64,000 bases of DNA from Candidatus Eiseniibacteriota bacterium (GTDB lineage Bacteria; Eisenbacteria; RBG-16-71-46; CAZAMP01): assembly GCA_965224245.1 (NCBI GenBank), contig OZ245046.1, positions 544,001 through 608,000 on the forward strand, written 5' to 3'. Positions within the stretch are counted from its first letter, which is position 1. Every line of letters starts with the position of its first letter. Of the stretch, positions 48,094 through 60,427 are shown in pieces. Made by a program: the position numbers and the translations under genes. Under the pieces are notes generated by a model, which worked only from the letters and a program-made list of their open reading frames with translations, was not told where the DNA came from and ran no database searches.

Positions 48094-49479
48094 GTGACGA
48101 CGACGTCCGCGCAATCGTTGGCCTCGATCAACCCCGCCACCGGCGAGGTCGTGGGGACGGTGTCCGTGACGCCGGCGTCGGAGATTACCCGGATCGTCGC
48201 GAGAGCCCGAGCCGCGCAGGCCGGCTGGGCGGCCACGTCGCTCGAGGCCCGTGGCGCGATGCTGGTGCGTGGTGGGGAGCGTCTCACCGAGAACTGCGAG
48301 GCGCTCGGCCTGCTCCTGACCCGGGAGATGGGCAAGCCGCTGTCGCACGGCATCGGAGAGGTGGCGAGCTGCGGCCGCGGCATGGCGAGCACGGTCGAGG
48401 ACATCGCGCGTGCACTGGCCCCCACGCCCTGCGAGGACGATCGCACGCGCTCGACGATCTACCACGATCCGCTCGGGGTGTGCGCGGCGATCTCGCCCTG
48501 GAACTTCCCGATCTCGATGCCGCACTGGCTCGTCGTGCCGGCGCTGATGGCCGGCAACACGGTCGTGCTGAAGCCGTCCGAGGAGACGCCGCTGATCGCG
48601 CAGGAGTACGTCGACGCGCTGAACGCGTTTCTGCCCGAGGGTGTGCTCCAGATCGTGCACGGCGCCGACGAGCAAGGGAAGGCGCTCGTCGCCGCCGACG
48701 TCGATCTGATCGCGTTCACCGGATCGCGCGAGACCGGGAAGCGGATTCTGAGTGCGGCGGCGCCCGCTCTCAAGCGCGTGATCCTCGAGCTCGGAGGCAA
48801 GGACCCGATGATCGTGCTGGACGACGCCGATCTCGATCGGGCGGCGACGTTCGCGGCGATGAACTCGTTTCGGAACGCGGGGCAGGTATGCGTGTCGACC
48901 GAGCGGATCTACGTGCACGAGCACGTGGCCGACGACTTCGTGGAGAAGCTCGTGCGGGCGGCCGGCGAGCTCGAGGTCGGGGACGGCACCGAGCCCGACG
49001 TCGTGATCGGTCCGATGATCAACGCACGCCAGCGCGACCACGTGCTGACTCAGGTCGCCGATGCGGTGCGGGCCGGCGCGCGGGTGGTGCATGGCGGGGG
49101 CGAGACCCGCGGGAACGTCGTGACCCCCATCGTGCTCGTCGACACCACGCACGAGATGGCCATCATGCGCGACGAGACGTTCGGGCCCGTCGCCTGTGTG
49201 ACGCGGGTCGGATCCGACGACGAGGCCGTGGCCCTGGCCAACGATTCCCCGTTCGGTCTGGGCGCGTGCGTGTTCGGGGGCGACGAGACGCGTGCCCGTG
49301 CGATCGCACGCCGGTTGACGGCCGGCATGATCGGCATCAACAAGGGCTGCGGCGGTGCGGCGGGGACACCGTGGGTGGGCGCCCGCCAGAGCGGCTACGG
49401 CTATCACAGCTCGCCCGAGGGCCATCGGCAGTTCACGCAGGCCCGGGTCGTGAGCGTCTCGCGGCCGGAGGGTGCGTGA
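48094..49479 (+). CDS. NAD(P)-dependent aldehyde dehydrogenase
   Basis: SINPATGE, PWNFP, KPSE, FTGS, LELGGKDP, AGQVCVS, ETFGPV; GTG start with AGGAG RBS. Confidence 0.93.
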   Translation: MTTTSAQSLASINPATGEVVGTVSVTPASEITRIVARARAAQAGWAATSLEARGAMLVRGGERLTENCEALGLLLTREMGKPLSHGIGEVASCGRGMASTVEDIARALAPTPCEDDRTRSTIYHDPLGVCAAISPWNFPISMPHWLVVPALMAGNTVVLKPSEETPLIAQEYVDALNAFLPEGVLQIVHGADEQGKALVAADVDLIAFTGSRETGKRILSAAAPALKRVILELGGKDPMIVLDDADLDRAATFAAMNSFRNAGQVCVSTERIYVHEHVADDFVEKLVRAAGELEVGDGTEPDVVIGPMINARQRDHVLTQVADAVRAGARVVHGGGETRGNVVTPIVLVDTTHEMAIMRDETFGPVACVTRVGSDDEAVALANDSPFGLGACVFGGDETRARAIARRLTAGMIGINKGCGGAAGTPWVGARQSGYGYHSSPEGHRQFTQARVVSVSRPEGA

Positions 49480-49554
49480 CGCGTTCCAGGATCGTCGTCG
49501 GGGAGACCGCGGATGCCGCGCGCTGCGACCGGGCCGTCCCCGTGGTGGCCGCGT

Positions 49555-52500
49555 TCAGCGGCGCACGTCGGCCGCCGCACTCGCGGCGCGATCGAGCGTC
49601 TTGCGCAGCACGTCGACCAGCGACGCGAGGCTGAACGGCTTCTCGACGATCGTGACCGTGGAGTCGTCGAGGTACCGCCGCGCGATGTCCCGGCCCACGT
49701 ACCCCGACATGTAGACCACCGCCACTCCCGGTCGCGACACCCGCACCCGTTCGGCCAGCTCGGGCCCGTTCATCTCCGGCATCACGACGTCGGTCAGGAG
49801 CAGGTCGAACGCGACGTCCCCGTCGGCGGCGAGCGCGGCGGCCTCGACCCCGTTCGCCGCCGTGATGACCGCATAGCCGTACGAGCGCAGTCCACGGCTG
49901 ATGAGGGTGCGGACCGGCTCGTCGTCCTCGGCCAGGAGGATCGTCTCGTTGCCCTGAGCGGCGCTCGACGGGACGGGCGGATGCGCGGACGCCTCGCCGG
50001 GCGCCGTCACCTGCGGCAGGTACACCGAGAACGTGGAGCCCGCACCCGCGACGCTTCTGACCTGGATGCGGCCACCGCTCTGCTCGATGATGCCGTGAGC
50101 GGTCGACAGGCCCAGCCCGGTGCCGCTCTCCTTCGTGGTGAAGAACGGATCGAAGACGTGCCGCAGCGTGTCCGGGTCCATGCCGATCCCGTCGTCGTGG
50201 ACCTCGATGACCGCGTACGCTCCGGGCTCGAGTCCGAGCCCGCCGGTGGCTCGCGACCCGAGTACGACGGACGACGTCGTGACCCGGACCTCGCCGCCAT
50301 CCGGCAAGGCGTCCCGGGCGTTGATGACGAGATTGACCACGACCTGCTCGATCTGCCCCGGATCCACCCGGACCCGACCGGCGTCGTGCGCGAGCACGAA
50401 GCTGAGCGCGATGTCGGCGCCGATGAGCCGTCGCAGGAGCGATTCGATTCCCTCGATGACCGCGTTCAGCGGCAGCACGCGCGGCTGCAGGATCTGGCCG
50501 CGACCGAACGCCAGGAGCTGCCGGGTCAGCGCCCCTGCACGCTCCTGGGCTCGGAGGATCTGCTCGGCGCTCTCGCGGACCGACCCGGTCTCGTGGGGGG
50601 CCGACGCGATGAGGTCGGCGTGTCCGCCGATCACGGTCAGGAGGTTGTTGAAGTCGTGCGCGACGCCGCCGGCGAGGAGCCCGATCGCCTCCATCTTCTG
50701 GGACTGCCGGAGCTGGGACTCGAGACGGCGCCGCTCGTCGTCGGCGTGGGACAGCTCGGTCACGTCGAGCGCATGTCCGACGACGGACGGGCCGACCTCG
50801 GGGTCGTCCAGTCGTACGTTCCGGTACTGCCAGATGCGCTCCTGGCCGGTTCGCGTCCGAACCCGAAGCGAGCCCTGGTCGTGCTCCCGGGTTCGGATCC
50901 GTGCCAGGTAGTCCTCCAGCGAGGGGTCCGACCGCGAATCGAGCACGTCACGCAGCGACCGACCGATGATCTCGTCGCTCGCGTAGCCGAGGTGCCGTGC
51001 CGCGGCGGGATTCAGGGCGGTGATCACGCCGTCGAACGTGTGCGCGAACATCAGCCCGGGCGTGTTGTCGGCCAGGCTCCGGTACCGGCGCTCGCTCTCG
51101 TGGAGCTGCCGTCGGTGGCGCCGGGCGCGACGCAGAGTGTACGTGGCACCACCCACCACGGCCGCCAGCCACAGACTGCCTCCGATCAGGAGCCCGGGCC
51201 TCAGATACCAGGGTGGCGCGATGACGACCTGGACCCGGGCGGGCTCGGAGAGGTCGCCGAAGAGGCTCTTCGACTGGACGTCGAGCACGTGGCCCCCGGA
51301 CTCGAGGTCCGCGGCGGACGCCTCGCGCTGGGTGCTCCACGGTGACCACGATCCGCCGTCCCAGCGGTGGCGGGTCTCGATCTCCTCGGCGGGCATCTCG
51401 GCCTCGAACGCCTCGACGCGCCAGCGCGCGAACACGCCCTCGTCCGCCGACCAGGTCTCGGTGATCGTGATGCGTGGGGGCGGGTTGTCGGACTCGGCGA
51501 GGGCCAGCGAGATGAGGCCGTTGCCCAGGCTTCCCGCGTACACCCGATCCGACGCGATCGAAAGCGGCCACAGTCGGCTGGCCGGATTGCCGCTCTGGCG
51601 ATCGAAGGTCGCGAAGCTGCCGTCGCGGTAGCTCGCCAGCCCGGCGGCGGTCGCGATCCAGAGCGTGCGGTCGAGTCCGAACGCGACGTCCCACACCCGG
51701 TTGTCGACGAGACCGTCCGCCACCGTGAAATGGCGCACGCGCCCCTCCGCGTCGATCGTTCCCAGGCCGAACGGCCGGTCGTGGTGGCCGAACCAGGGAC
51801 GGCCCTCGGCGTCGAGCGCGATCTCGTAGATCCCGAGCCCGACTCGGTCGGGGTCGTGCCAGTGTCGCCACTCGCCGTCTCGCCAGCGACTGATTCCCTT
51901 CAAGGTCCCGAACCAGCGAGTACCGTCCGGCGCCTCGGCGAACGCGTAGACCCGATCGTGCAGCAATCCCTCGCGCGTGCTCCAGTGATGAAACGCCCGA
52001 CCGTCGTACATGTACGCGCCCGGCTCGGGTGACTCGCCGAACACCTTTCCGACTCCGAGGAACCAGAGGTTCCCCCCGCGATCGGGCACGATCCTGTGAA
52101 TGCGCTCGGCCCCGAGCCCGTCCTCGGGACCCACATGGGTCCACGTGCCGTCCTGCCATCGGTACGCGCCGTCGAAGTCCGCGCCGCTCGACATCCAGAC
52201 GCCGCCCTCACGATCCTCGGCGAGGCCGGTCACGACGCCGACGTGGACTTCGCCGATCCGGGTCACGCGGTCGATCTCACCCGACGCGCGCAGCATGGCC
52301 ACGCCGTCGCCGGTGGCGAGCCAGATGTCGCCGTTTCCACGGCGCAGGATCGCGTTGACGCAGTTGTCTCGATCCGACGGCCCGACCGACACCTGCGTCC
52401 ATCGTCGGTGCGCGCGATGGGAGAAGACGCCCTGGTTGGTCGACACCCACAGGTCTCCGTCATCCTCCAGGAAGACGAACCGCGCCTCCTCGAGTGGGGC

Positions 52501-53397
52501 GGGAGCCGATGCGAACGTGCTCCACAGGCCCGCCTGGCGGCGTCGAACGAGCCCGTTCTGATGAACGACGATGACGTCTCCCGATGCGTTCATGTCGAGC
52601 GCCACCACGATCGAGCCGGTCTGCCCGGCCAGTCGCTCGGGCGGAGCGGCTCCGGTCCAGGTCCACACGCCGTTCCGTTCCAGCGCGAGGTTCACCGCGA
52701 GGACACCTTCGGAGCCGTTACCCGCGACGTGGGCCACGCCGGATCCGAAGCGCTCCTGCCACCGGTTGCCCGTCCACTCGTAGACGCCGTCTCGAGTGAC
52801 GAACCACGGTGCGCCCGCGTCCGCGACCAGGCGTCCCGCGGGCGTTCGCCGGAGACCCATCGGCCACGGAAGCGGCTCGACGCGTCCGTTCTGGAGCCGA
52901 TGGAGACCGTCGTCGGACTGGAGGAAGACGCTTCCGTCCGACGCGGGGATCGCGATGTGGACGGCGAGCGTATCCCGGTCGACGGTCACGGGCACGTGAC
53001 GGAGACCGGACGCGTCGCCGGCGTAGAGCCGGCCCCCGGAGGTGACCAGGATGCCACGTTCGCCGTACGGCTCCATCCGGTAGCCGGTGTTCGAGTGGGG
53101 TGACCATCGCTCCGCGTGGACCCGGTGCCACGCGTAGCCGTCGAACCGGGCGATGCCCTCTCTGTCCAGCGCCCACGGTGTGCCGTCGTTGGCGACGACG
53201 ACCGCATCCACGGCGTCGCTGGGCAGCCCCGACTCGACCCCGAATCGGGTCCAGCGCCAGGACTCCCGGATCGGATCGGTATGCGCGGAGGCGAGGGACG
53301 CGAGAACCGAGGTCGCGGCGGCGGCATCGCGGATCCGACGTTGCCAGCGGCGGCGCGCATCGGTGGGGCGCGAAGCGGCGTTGGGCCAGTGGCGCAT
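49555..53397 (-). CDS. Hybrid sensor histidine kinase (periplasmic Reg_prop beta-propellers, TM, PAS, HisKA, HATPase, REC)
   Basis: DGL..D.V/LWIAT repeats; TM GLLIGGSLWLAAVVGG; PAS; AHDFNNLL; DPFFTTK..GTGLGL; LLTDVVMP. Start uncertain. Confidence 0.9.
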   Translation of the reverse strand: MRHWPNAASRPTDARRRWQRRIRDAAAATSVLASLASAHTDPIRESWRWTRFGVESGLPSDAVDAVVVANDGTPWALDREGIARFDGYAWHRVHAERWSPHSNTGYRMEPYGERGILVTSGGRLYAGDASGLRHVPVTVDRDTLAVHIAIPASDGSVFLQSDDGLHRLQNGRVEPLPWPMGLRRTPAGRLVADAGAPWFVTRDGVYEWTGNRWQERFGSGVAHVAGNGSEGVLAVNLALERNGVWTWTGAAPPERLAGQTGSIVVALDMNASGDVIVVHQNGLVRRRQAGLWSTFASAPAPLEEARFVFLEDDGDLWVSTNQGVFSHRAHRRWTQVSVGPSDRDNCVNAILRRGNGDIWLATGDGVAMLRASGEIDRVTRIGEVHVGVVTGLAEDREGGVWMSSGADFDGAYRWQDGTWTHVGPEDGLGAERIHRIVPDRGGNLWFLGVGKVFGESPEPGAYMYDGRAFHHWSTREGLLHDRVYAFAEAPDGTRWFGTLKGISRWRDGEWRHWHDPDRVGLGIYEIALDAEGRPWFGHHDRPFGLGTIDAEGRVRHFTVADGLVDNRVWDVAFGLDRTLWIATAAGLASYRDGSFATFDRQSGNPASRLWPLSIASDRVYAGSLGNGLISLALAESDNPPPRITITETWSADEGVFARWRVEAFEAEMPAEEIETRHRWDGGSWSPWSTQREASAADLESGGHVLDVQSKSLFGDLSEPARVQVVIAPPWYLRPGLLIGGSLWLAAVVGGATYTLRRARRHRRQLHESERRYRSLADNTPGLMFAHTFDGVITALNPAAARHLGYASDEIIGRSLRDVLDSRSDPSLEDYLARIRTREHDQGSLRVRTRTGQERIWQYRNVRLDDPEVGPSVVGHALDVTELSHADDERRRLESQLRQSQKMEAIGLLAGGVAHDFNNLLTVIGGHADLIASAPHETGSVRESAEQILRAQERAGALTRQLLAFGRGQILQPRVLPLNAVIEGIESLLRRLIGADIALSFVLAHDAGRVRVDPGQIEQVVVNLVINARDALPDGGEVRVTTSSVVLGSRATGGLGLEPGAYAVIEVHDDGIGMDPDTLRHVFDPFFTTKESGTGLGLSTAHGIIEQSGGRIQVRSVAGAGSTFSVYLPQVTAPGEASAHPPVPSSAAQGNETILLAEDDEPVRTLISRGLRSYGYAVITAANGVEAAALAADGDVAFDLLLTDVVMPEMNGPELAERVRVSRPGVAVVYMSGYVGRDIARRYLDDSTVTIVEKPFSLASLVDVLRKTLDRAASAAADVRR

Positions 53398-53620
53398 CGT
53401 GCTCTCGAGTTCCGGTTGAAGGGAAGCGCGGGCGAGTCGGCGAGACCGCCGAATACCGGTCGCTCGCGGTCGCACGAAACGTGATCCTACCCGATCGGCG
53501 GTGGTCCACCAAACCCCGCGCCCGGGCTCCACCGGGCCCTCGCTCGCGCGACGGTGCCTTGCGGCGCCGAGGAGGCGGGCGCTATTCTCGCGACCACACT
53601 GATCCAACGCGCAGTGCGCG

Positions 53621-56272
53621 ATGCACTCGATCGAGAGGACGCCGTCGCCCGTGCCGACCGACTCGCTCCGCTTTCGACTCAACGGCCGTGACGTCGATGC
53701 GGACGTACGACCGGGGGAGTCGCTCCTGGAGACGCTTCGCGAGCGCTGCGGCGTCGTCTCCACCAAGGACGGCTGCCGCCCGCAGGGACAGTGCGGCTGC
53801 TGCCTGGCACTCGTGGATGGTCAGCCCAAGGTGACCTGTGCGATGCCGGCCACGAAGGCGGCCGGTCGGGACATCCTCACGCTGGAGGGCCTGCCCCGGG
53901 ACGAGCGCGAGCTGATCGCGAACGCATTCGTGGCGGCCGCGGGTCTGCAGTGCGGGTTCTGCATCCCCGGCTTCGCGCTCCGGGCCAGGCATCTCCTGGA
54001 TCGGAATCCATCGCCCACGCGGGCCGAGATCGCCCGCGCGATCGACGTGCACCTGTGCCGCTGTACCGGGTACACGAAGATCCTGGACGCGATCGAGCTC
54101 CTGGCCGCGGCGAAGCGCGGAGAGACCGTCCCCACGCCGGTCGCCGACGGTCGCGTCGGATCGTCGCTCGCGCGCTACGGTGGGATCGAGCTCGCACTCG
54201 GCGACCGTCCCTACGTCGACGACCTCGTCGTGGACGGGATGCTGCACGGAGCGGTCACGCTCTCACCGCACGCTCGGGCCCGTGTGCTCGCGATCGACAC
54301 CCGCCGAGCGCTCGCCCATCCCGGCGTCGTCAGCGTGATCACCGCGGACGACGTTCCCGGCGACCGCTGGGTCGGTCTCATTCGAGCCGACTGGCCGGTC
54401 TTCGTCGCCGTCGGAGAGGAGGTACGCTGCGTCGGTGACGTCGTGGCCGCGATCGCGGCCACGGACGCGGCGTCGGCCCGCGAGGCGGCCGCGCTGGTCG
54501 ACGTCGAGTACGAGCGGCTGACTCCCGTGCTGGACTGCGATGCCGCGATGGCGCCGGACGCTCCGCGCGTGAGCGCCCGCTCCGGAAACGTGCTGTCCAG
54601 GACGACCGTGCGACGGGGATCGGCCGACGAGGCGCTCGCCGCGTGCGCGCACACGGTGACGGGTACCTGGCGAACGCAGCGCATCGAGCACCTGTATCTC
54701 GAGCCCGAGAGCGCGTTCGCCGAGCCGTTGCCCGACGGCCGGCTCCGCCTCTGCACCCAGGGACAGGGTATCTTCGACGACCGGCGGCAGGTGGCGGGCG
54801 TGCTCGGAATCGACGAGAGCCGGATTCACGTCGAGCTCGTGCCCAACGGAGGCGCGTTCGGTGGCAAGGAGGACATGTCGATCCAGGCGCAGACCGCGCT
54901 CCTGGCCACCGTGACCGGACGGCCGGTCAAGCTGACGCTCACGCGCGAGCAGTCGATCCGCCTGCATCCCAAGCGTCATCCCATCGAGATGACGTACACG
55001 GTGGGCTGCGATGCGGGCGGCCACCTCCTCGCGGTGCGGGCGCGAATGGTCGGGGATACCGGCGCGTACGCGTCGGTGGGGGCGAAGGTGCTGGAGCGCG
55101 CGGCCGGACACGCCTGCGGACCCTACCGGGTGCCGAACGTCGACGTGGAATCGGTCGCGGTGCACACGAACAACCCGCCGTGCGGGGCGATGCGCGGGTT
55201 CGGAGCCAACCAGGCTCACTTCGCGATGGAAGCATGCATGGACCTCCTGGCGTGCGAGGCCGGGGTCGACACCTGGGAGATGCGCTACCGGAACGCGCTG
55301 GACGTGGGCGACACGTTCACCACGGGACAGGTGCTCGAGAAGTCGGTGGGCATCAAGAAGACGCTCCTGGCGGTCAAGGACCGGTACGACGCGGCGCGCG
55401 CCTCCGGACGCGCAGTCGGAATCGCGTGCGGCATCAAGAACAGCGGCATCGGCAACGGGGCCAGCGAATGGGGCAAGGCGCGGCTCGTGGTCGAGCCGGA
55501 CGACACGATCTCGCTCTACAACGGCTACACCGAGATGGGCCAGGGGCTGTTGACCGTTCTCACACAGTGCGCGGTGGAGGTGACGGGCTTGGATCCGGCC
55601 GTCTTCCGGCCCAAGGTCGACTCCACGTTCGCGCTGGCGTGTGGTCAGACGACGGGCTCCCGGGCCACGCTGTTCGGGGGGCGGGCGGTCAAGAGCGCCG
55701 CCGAGAAGCTCGCCCGCGACCTGGCGACGAAGCCGCTCCGGGCGCTTCGCGGCAACGTGTACGCGGCCGACGTGCTCGTGGACGACACGACGGCGCCGGG
55801 CGCCGATACGAAGGTGGTGAAGACGCACACCGCCTTCGGCTACGCGACGCAGCTCTGCATCCTGGACGAAGCCGGACGCGTCGAGCACGTCGTGGCCGCT
55901 CACGACGTCGGGCGCGCGGTGAATCCCGCTCTTTGCGAGGGGCAGATCGAGGGATCGATCCACATGGGGCTCGGCTACGCCCTCACCGAGGATCTGCCGT
56001 GCCCCGGCGGCATGCCCGCGACGTTCAAGCTCCGCGACCTCGGGGTCCTCCGCGCGCGCGACATGCCGGGGATCGACGTGGTGCTGGTGGAGGATCCGGA
56101 GCCGGAAGGCCCGTTCGGGGCCAAGGGGGTCGGAGAGATCGGACTCGTGCCGACCGCGGCCGCCGTGGCGGGGGCGCTGGAGGCGTTCGATGGGGTCCGG
56201 CGCTACGCGCTGCCCATGAAGGACTCACCGGCCGCCCGCGCGATGAGCGTCGGGCGCATTCGATCGCGATGA
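53621..56272 (+). CDS. xdh: Fused 2Fe-2S / molybdopterin xanthine dehydrogenase-like enzyme (selenium-dependent molybdenum hydroxylase type)
   Basis: [45 protein letters not shown]; no FAD domain. Confidence 0.88.
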   Translation: MHSIERTPSPVPTDSLRFRLNGRDVDADVRPGESLLETLRERCGVVSTKDGCRPQGQCGCCLALVDGQPKVTCAMPATKAAGRDILTLEGLPRDERELIANAFVAAAGLQCGFCIPGFALRARHLLDRNPSPTRAEIARAIDVHLCRCTGYTKILDAIELLAAAKRGETVPTPVADGRVGSSLARYGGIELALGDRPYVDDLVVDGMLHGAVTLSPHARARVLAIDTRRALAHPGVVSVITADDVPGDRWVGLIRADWPVFVAVGEEVRCVGDVVAAIAATDAASAREAAALVDVEYERLTPVLDCDAAMAPDAPRVSARSGNVLSRTTVRRGSADEALAACAHTVTGTWRTQRIEHLYLEPESAFAEPLPDGRLRLCTQGQGIFDDRRQVAGVLGIDESRIHVELVPNGGAFGGKEDMSIQAQTALLATVTGRPVKLTLTREQSIRLHPKRHPIEMTYTVGCDAGGHLLAVRARMVGDTGAYASVGAKVLERAAGHACGPYRVPNVDVESVAVHTNNPPCGAMRGFGANQAHFAMEACMDLLACEAGVDTWEMRYRNALDVGDTFTTGQVLEKSVGIKKTLLAVKDRYDAARASGRAVGIACGIKNSGIGNGASEWGKARLVVEPDDTISLYNGYTEMGQGLLTVLTQCAVEVTGLDPAVFRPKVDSTFALACGQTTGSRATLFGGRAVKSAAEKLARDLATKPLRALRGNVYAADVLVDDTTAPGADTKVVKTHTAFGYATQLCILDEAGRVEHVVAAHDVGRAVNPALCEGQIEGSIHMGLGYALTEDLPCPGGMPATFKLRDLGVLRARDMPGIDVVLVEDPEPEGPFGAKGVGEIGLVPTAAAVAGALEAFDGVRRYALPMKDSPAARAMSVGRIRSR

Positions 56273-57420
56273 CGGGCACCCACGCCGAGCGCGGTCGCGT
56301 CAACGCGCACACGCACGTCTACAGCGGCCTCGCGCCGTTCGGCATGCCCACCCCCACGCCCCCGCCGACGCGCTTCCCCGAGATTCTGGAGCGCGTGTGG
56401 TGGCGACTGGATCGCGCGCTGGACGAGGCGTCGCTCCGCGCGAGCGCGCGCTACTACGTGGCCGAGTCGCTCCTCGCCGGGACGTCGACGCTCGTGGATC
56501 ATCACGAGTCGCCGGGCTTCATCGACGGCTCTCTGGACGTGATCGCCGAGGCCTGCCGCGAGCTCGGGATGCGCGCGATCCTGTGCTTCGGCGCCACCGA
56601 GCGCAACGGCGGGCGGGAGGAGGCTCGACGGGGTCTGGCCGAGTGTCGGCGCTTCATCGCCGGCAACACGTGCGCGCTCGTCCGCGGCGTCGTGGGCCTT
56701 CACGCGTCGTTCACGGTGTCCGACGACACCATCGCCGAGGCCGCCGCGCTCTGCCGGGAGCTCGACACCGTCATGCACGTGCACCTCGCCGAGGACGAAT
56801 GCGACGTCACCGACGCGAGGGCGCGGGGGTACGACGGGCCTCTGGAACGCCTCCTGGCATTCGATGCGCTGCCGCCGGGCTCGATCGTCGCGCACGGCGT
56901 GCATCTGGGCGCCGCCGAGGTACGCCGTCTCGCCGAGCGGGAGGTCTGGATCGTGCAGAATCCTCGTTCGAACCGCGGCAACGGGGTCGGCTATCCGCGG
57001 GCGCTCACCGCGAGCGCTCGCGTCGCGCTCGGGACCGACGGCTACCCGTCCGACCTTCATGCGGAGGCCGGCGTCCTCGTCGAACTCGCGTCGGCCGCGG
57101 GCGAGCCCGCGGCGGAGGTGGCGGCCCGCGTGCACGCGGGACACCGGCTGGTCGCCCAGCGGTTCGGCAGCGAGGCCACGGAGGGCGGCACCGGCGCGGA
57201 GGGCGACGACGTCACCACCGTCGCCGACGAGGCGGTCTTCGACGCGCCACCGGATCCGGCCGTCGGGCTGGCGCCCGGGCCCGTGGTGCGTCTCTCGATC
57301 AGCGGACGCGAGGTCGTGGCGGACGGCCGCCTGATCACCGGAAATGCCGACGCGATCCGACGCGACGCGGTCCGCGAGGCGGGCCGCCTGTGGCGCCGCA
57401 TGCGTTCGCTTCAGACCTGA
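56269..57420 (+). CDS. ssnA: SsnA-like metal-dependent amidohydrolase
   Basis: [62 protein letters not shown] overlaps the xdh stop. Confidence 0.85.
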   Translation: MTGTHAERGRVNAHTHVYSGLAPFGMPTPTPPPTRFPEILERVWWRLDRALDEASLRASARYYVAESLLAGTSTLVDHHESPGFIDGSLDVIAEACRELGMRAILCFGATERNGGREEARRGLAECRRFIAGNTCALVRGVVGLHASFTVSDDTIAEAAALCRELDTVMHVHLAEDECDVTDARARGYDGPLERLLAFDALPPGSIVAHGVHLGAAEVRRLAEREVWIVQNPRSNRGNGVGYPRALTASARVALGTDGYPSDLHAEAGVLVELASAAGEPAAEVAARVHAGHRLVAQRFGSEATEGGTGAEGDDVTTVADEAVFDAPPDPAVGLAPGPVVRLSISGREVVADGRLITGNADAIRRDAVREAGRLWRRMRSLQT

Positions 57421-57431
57421 GGATGCACACG

Positions 57432-58934
57432 ATGTCCATACCCGAGCTCGACACGTCGATCGCCGATCCCGGCGCATACGCCAACGCCGTCGCCCACCTG
57501 GGGTCGCTCGGCGTTCGCCTGCCCACGTTCTCGGATCTGACGGATCCGTCGCGGATCGACGCGGCGATCACGGCCGCGCTCGGCGGCGTGCACGCGAACG
57601 AGCCCCATCCGCTGAACCTCTTCCGCGTCCACTGGCACAACGACGCCCACGGAGACGCGATCGCGGTACCCGATCACGTCGTGTTGCCGGAAGCGCTGAC
57701 CGGGGTGTCGGCTCCGATCGTCGTCCTTCTCGGGGACCGGTTCCCGATGATCGGCGCGCACAAGGTGCTCGCCGCTTACGGATGTCTCGCCCCGCGACTC
57801 GTGACCGGCCGGTTCGACCCGACCCGCCACCGCGCGGTCTGGCCCTCCACCGGGAACTACTGTCGCGGCGGCGTCGCGATCTCGCGGATCGCCGGGTGCC
57901 GCGGCGTCGCGGTGCTTCCCGAGGGCATGAGTCGCGAGCGCTTCGAGTGGCTCGACGCCTGGGTGAGCGGTCCCGAGGACGTCATCCGGACGCCGGGTAC
58001 CGAGAGCAACGTGAAGGAGATCTACGACGAGTGTCGCCGCCTCGAGCGGGATCCCGACGTCGTCGTCTTCAATCAGTTCCGGGAGCTGGGGAACTACCTC
58101 GTGCACTACCTGGCCACCGGACGAGCCGTGGAGCGTGTGGTGGAGACGCTCGCGGACCGACTTCCGACCCTTCGCTGTCGGGCGTTCGTGTCCGCGACCG
58201 GCTCGGCCGGGACGCTCGGTGCGGGCGACTGGGTGAAGGACCGCCTCGGGGCCGCCATCGTCGCGGTGGAGGCGCTCGAGTGCCCCACGCTGCTCTACAA
58301 CGGGTTCGGCGAGCACAACATCCAGGGCATCGGGGACAAGCACGTTCCGTTCATCCACAACGTCATGAACACCGACGTCGTGATGGCGGTGTCCGAGCGC
58401 GCGACCGACGCCGTCGACGTGCTGTTCAACACCGACGTCGGGCGACGATACCTGTCCTCGCGGCACGGGGTGCCCGACGCCGTGCTCGCGTCGCTGGGAT
58501 CGTTCGGACTCTCGGCGATCTGCAACGTGATCGCGGCGATCAAGACCGCGCGCTACCTCGGCTGCGGTCCCGACGACGCGATCGTCACCGTGGCCACCGA
58601 TGGAGCGTCCCTGTACGAGACCGAGCGCCGGAAGACCACGGCACGGAATTACGGGGGGGAGCTGGACACGACGGCCGCGGCGGAGACGTTCGGGCGCTAC
58701 GTGCTCGGGGCGGCGACCGATCACGTCGCCGAGCTCTCCTCCCGCGATCGGGACCGGATCTTCAACCTCGGCTACTTCACCTGGGTCGAGCAGCAAGGGG
58801 TATCCGTGGAGGACTTCGTCGCGCGCCGCGACCCGGCGTTCTGGCGGGCCCTCCACACGCTCCCGGCTCGGTGGGACGCGATGATCGACGATCTCAACCG
58901 CCGCTCGGGAGCGATCGCGCCGGGGGACCTTTGA
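57432..58934 (+). CDS. Fold-type II PLP-dependent enzyme (cysteine synthase / Trp synthase beta-like)
   Basis: GAHKV (PLP lysine), [27 protein letters not shown]. Confidence 0.85.
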   Translation: MSIPELDTSIADPGAYANAVAHLGSLGVRLPTFSDLTDPSRIDAAITAALGGVHANEPHPLNLFRVHWHNDAHGDAIAVPDHVVLPEALTGVSAPIVVLLGDRFPMIGAHKVLAAYGCLAPRLVTGRFDPTRHRAVWPSTGNYCRGGVAISRIAGCRGVAVLPEGMSRERFEWLDAWVSGPEDVIRTPGTESNVKEIYDECRRLERDPDVVVFNQFRELGNYLVHYLATGRAVERVVETLADRLPTLRCRAFVSATGSAGTLGAGDWVKDRLGAAIVAVEALECPTLLYNGFGEHNIQGIGDKHVPFIHNVMNTDVVMAVSERATDAVDVLFNTDVGRRYLSSRHGVPDAVLASLGSFGLSAICNVIAAIKTARYLGCGPDDAIVTVATDGASLYETERRKTTARNYGGELDTTAAAETFGRYVLGAATDHVAELSSRDRDRIFNLGYFTWVEQQGVSVEDFVARRDPAFWRALHTLPARWDAMIDDLNRRSGAIAPGDL

Positions 58935-60412
58935 CCGCGAACGTCAGCATGCTCCGTTGCACCGGCTGCGGACACGTGGTCCGCGGGGCCGATGAGCCCT
59001 TTCGCTGCCCGGAGGCCGACCCCGGTGACGACGTCGATCACGTGCTCCGGCGGGAGCTGGATCTCGGGGATGCGTCGCTCGTGACACGCTTGCGGAGCGA
59101 CTTCGACCGGGACGACGAGAGCCCGTTCCGCCGCTACCGGGGGCTTCTGCACACGGCGCGCGGGATCGTGGCGCGCGACGGCGAGCCGTCCTACCACGCT
59201 CTGGTCGACGGGCTCGAGGCCGAGATCGCGCGCACGAGCGGCTCGGGGGATCGCGGCTTCCGGGTGACGCCGTTCGGCGAGCACCCGGCTCTGGCCCGCG
59301 CGGTCGGGCTCGGCACCGGCCACCGCCTCTTCGTCAAGGACGAGACCGGCAACGTGACCGGCACGCACAAGGCGCGGCACCTGATGACGATCCTCCTGCA
59401 CCTGGAGGCGCGCCGCGATCGGCGCGCGTCCGCCGGATCCGCAGACACGAAGGCCGAGCGCCTCGCGATCTCGAGCTGTGGGAATGCCGCGCTGGCGGCA
59501 GCCGTGCTGGCGCGAGCAGCGGGGCGACCACTCGACGTGTTCGTCCCGCCCGATGCCGCCCCGTCCGTCGTCGACCGGCTGCGCTCGCTCGGTGCGCACG
59601 TCTCGGTGCGGGTGCGCACCGAAGGCACGACAGGGGATCCCTGCTACCACGCCTTTCGTGCGGCGGTGGACCACGGCGCGGTGCCGTTCGCCTGCCAGGG
59701 GAACGAGAACGCGCTGAACATCGACGGCGGCAAGACGCTCGGCTGGGAGATCGTGTCCGCGCTACGCGGGGGGAACACGTCGCTCGATCGGCTGTTCGTT
59801 CAGGTCGGAGGCGGTGCGCTGGCCAGCGCCTGTGCGCAGGCGCTCTGCGAGGCACGCGCGCTCGGTGCGCTGTCGCATCTCCCCCGGCTGTACGCGGTGC
59901 AGACCCGCGGCGCGGCGCCGCTGCGTCGGGCGTACGACCGGGTCGTGGCCCTGCTTCGGGAGCGAGGCGACGTACCCCAGGGCGACTCCCCGGCCGGGCG
60001 TCCGACCGAGGACACGATCGCCCTCCAAGACGCCGACACGATCGCGAGCTGGATCGCGGACCACGTTCCGGAGACCGCCGTCGATTCTGCGCTGGCGGAG
60101 GCCGCCTCCCACCGCTCCCGGTTCATGTGGGCCTGGGAGCGCGAGCCCCGAAGCGTCGCGTCGGCAATCCTCGACGACGAGACCTACGACTGGCTCGGGG
60201 TAGTGCGGGGCATGCTCGTGAGCGGCGGCTTCCCGATCGTCGTCGACGATCCCGAGTTGATCGAGGCGCACGCCCTGGCCCGATCCGAGACGTCCATCCC
60301 GGTGTCGGTGTCGGGAGCCGCCGGGCTGGCCGGGCTCCTCGCGACGGTGAGGGCCGGGGGTGTGGACGAGTCCGACGTCGTGGCCGTGCTGTTCACCGGC
60401 GTCCAGCGCTGA
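58931..60412 (+). CDS. Threonine synthase-like PLP-dependent enzyme with N-terminal Cys motif
   Basis: [52 protein letters not shown] overlaps the upstream stop (alternative ATG at 58949). Confidence 0.82.
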   Translation: MTANVSMLRCTGCGHVVRGADEPFRCPEADPGDDVDHVLRRELDLGDASLVTRLRSDFDRDDESPFRRYRGLLHTARGIVARDGEPSYHALVDGLEAEIARTSGSGDRGFRVTPFGEHPALARAVGLGTGHRLFVKDETGNVTGTHKARHLMTILLHLEARRDRRASAGSADTKAERLAISSCGNAALAAAVLARAAGRPLDVFVPPDAAPSVVDRLRSLGAHVSVRVRTEGTTGDPCYHAFRAAVDHGAVPFACQGNENALNIDGGKTLGWEIVSALRGGNTSLDRLFVQVGGGALASACAQALCEARALGALSHLPRLYAVQTRGAAPLRRAYDRVVALLRERGDVPQGDSPAGRPTEDTIALQDADTIASWIADHVPETAVDSALAEAASHRSRFMWAWEREPRSVASAILDDETYDWLGVVRGMLVSGGFPIVVDDPELIEAHALARSETSIPVSVSGAAGLAGLLATVRAGGVDESDVVAVLFTGVQR

Positions 60413-60427
60413 TCGACGGCGGGTCGA

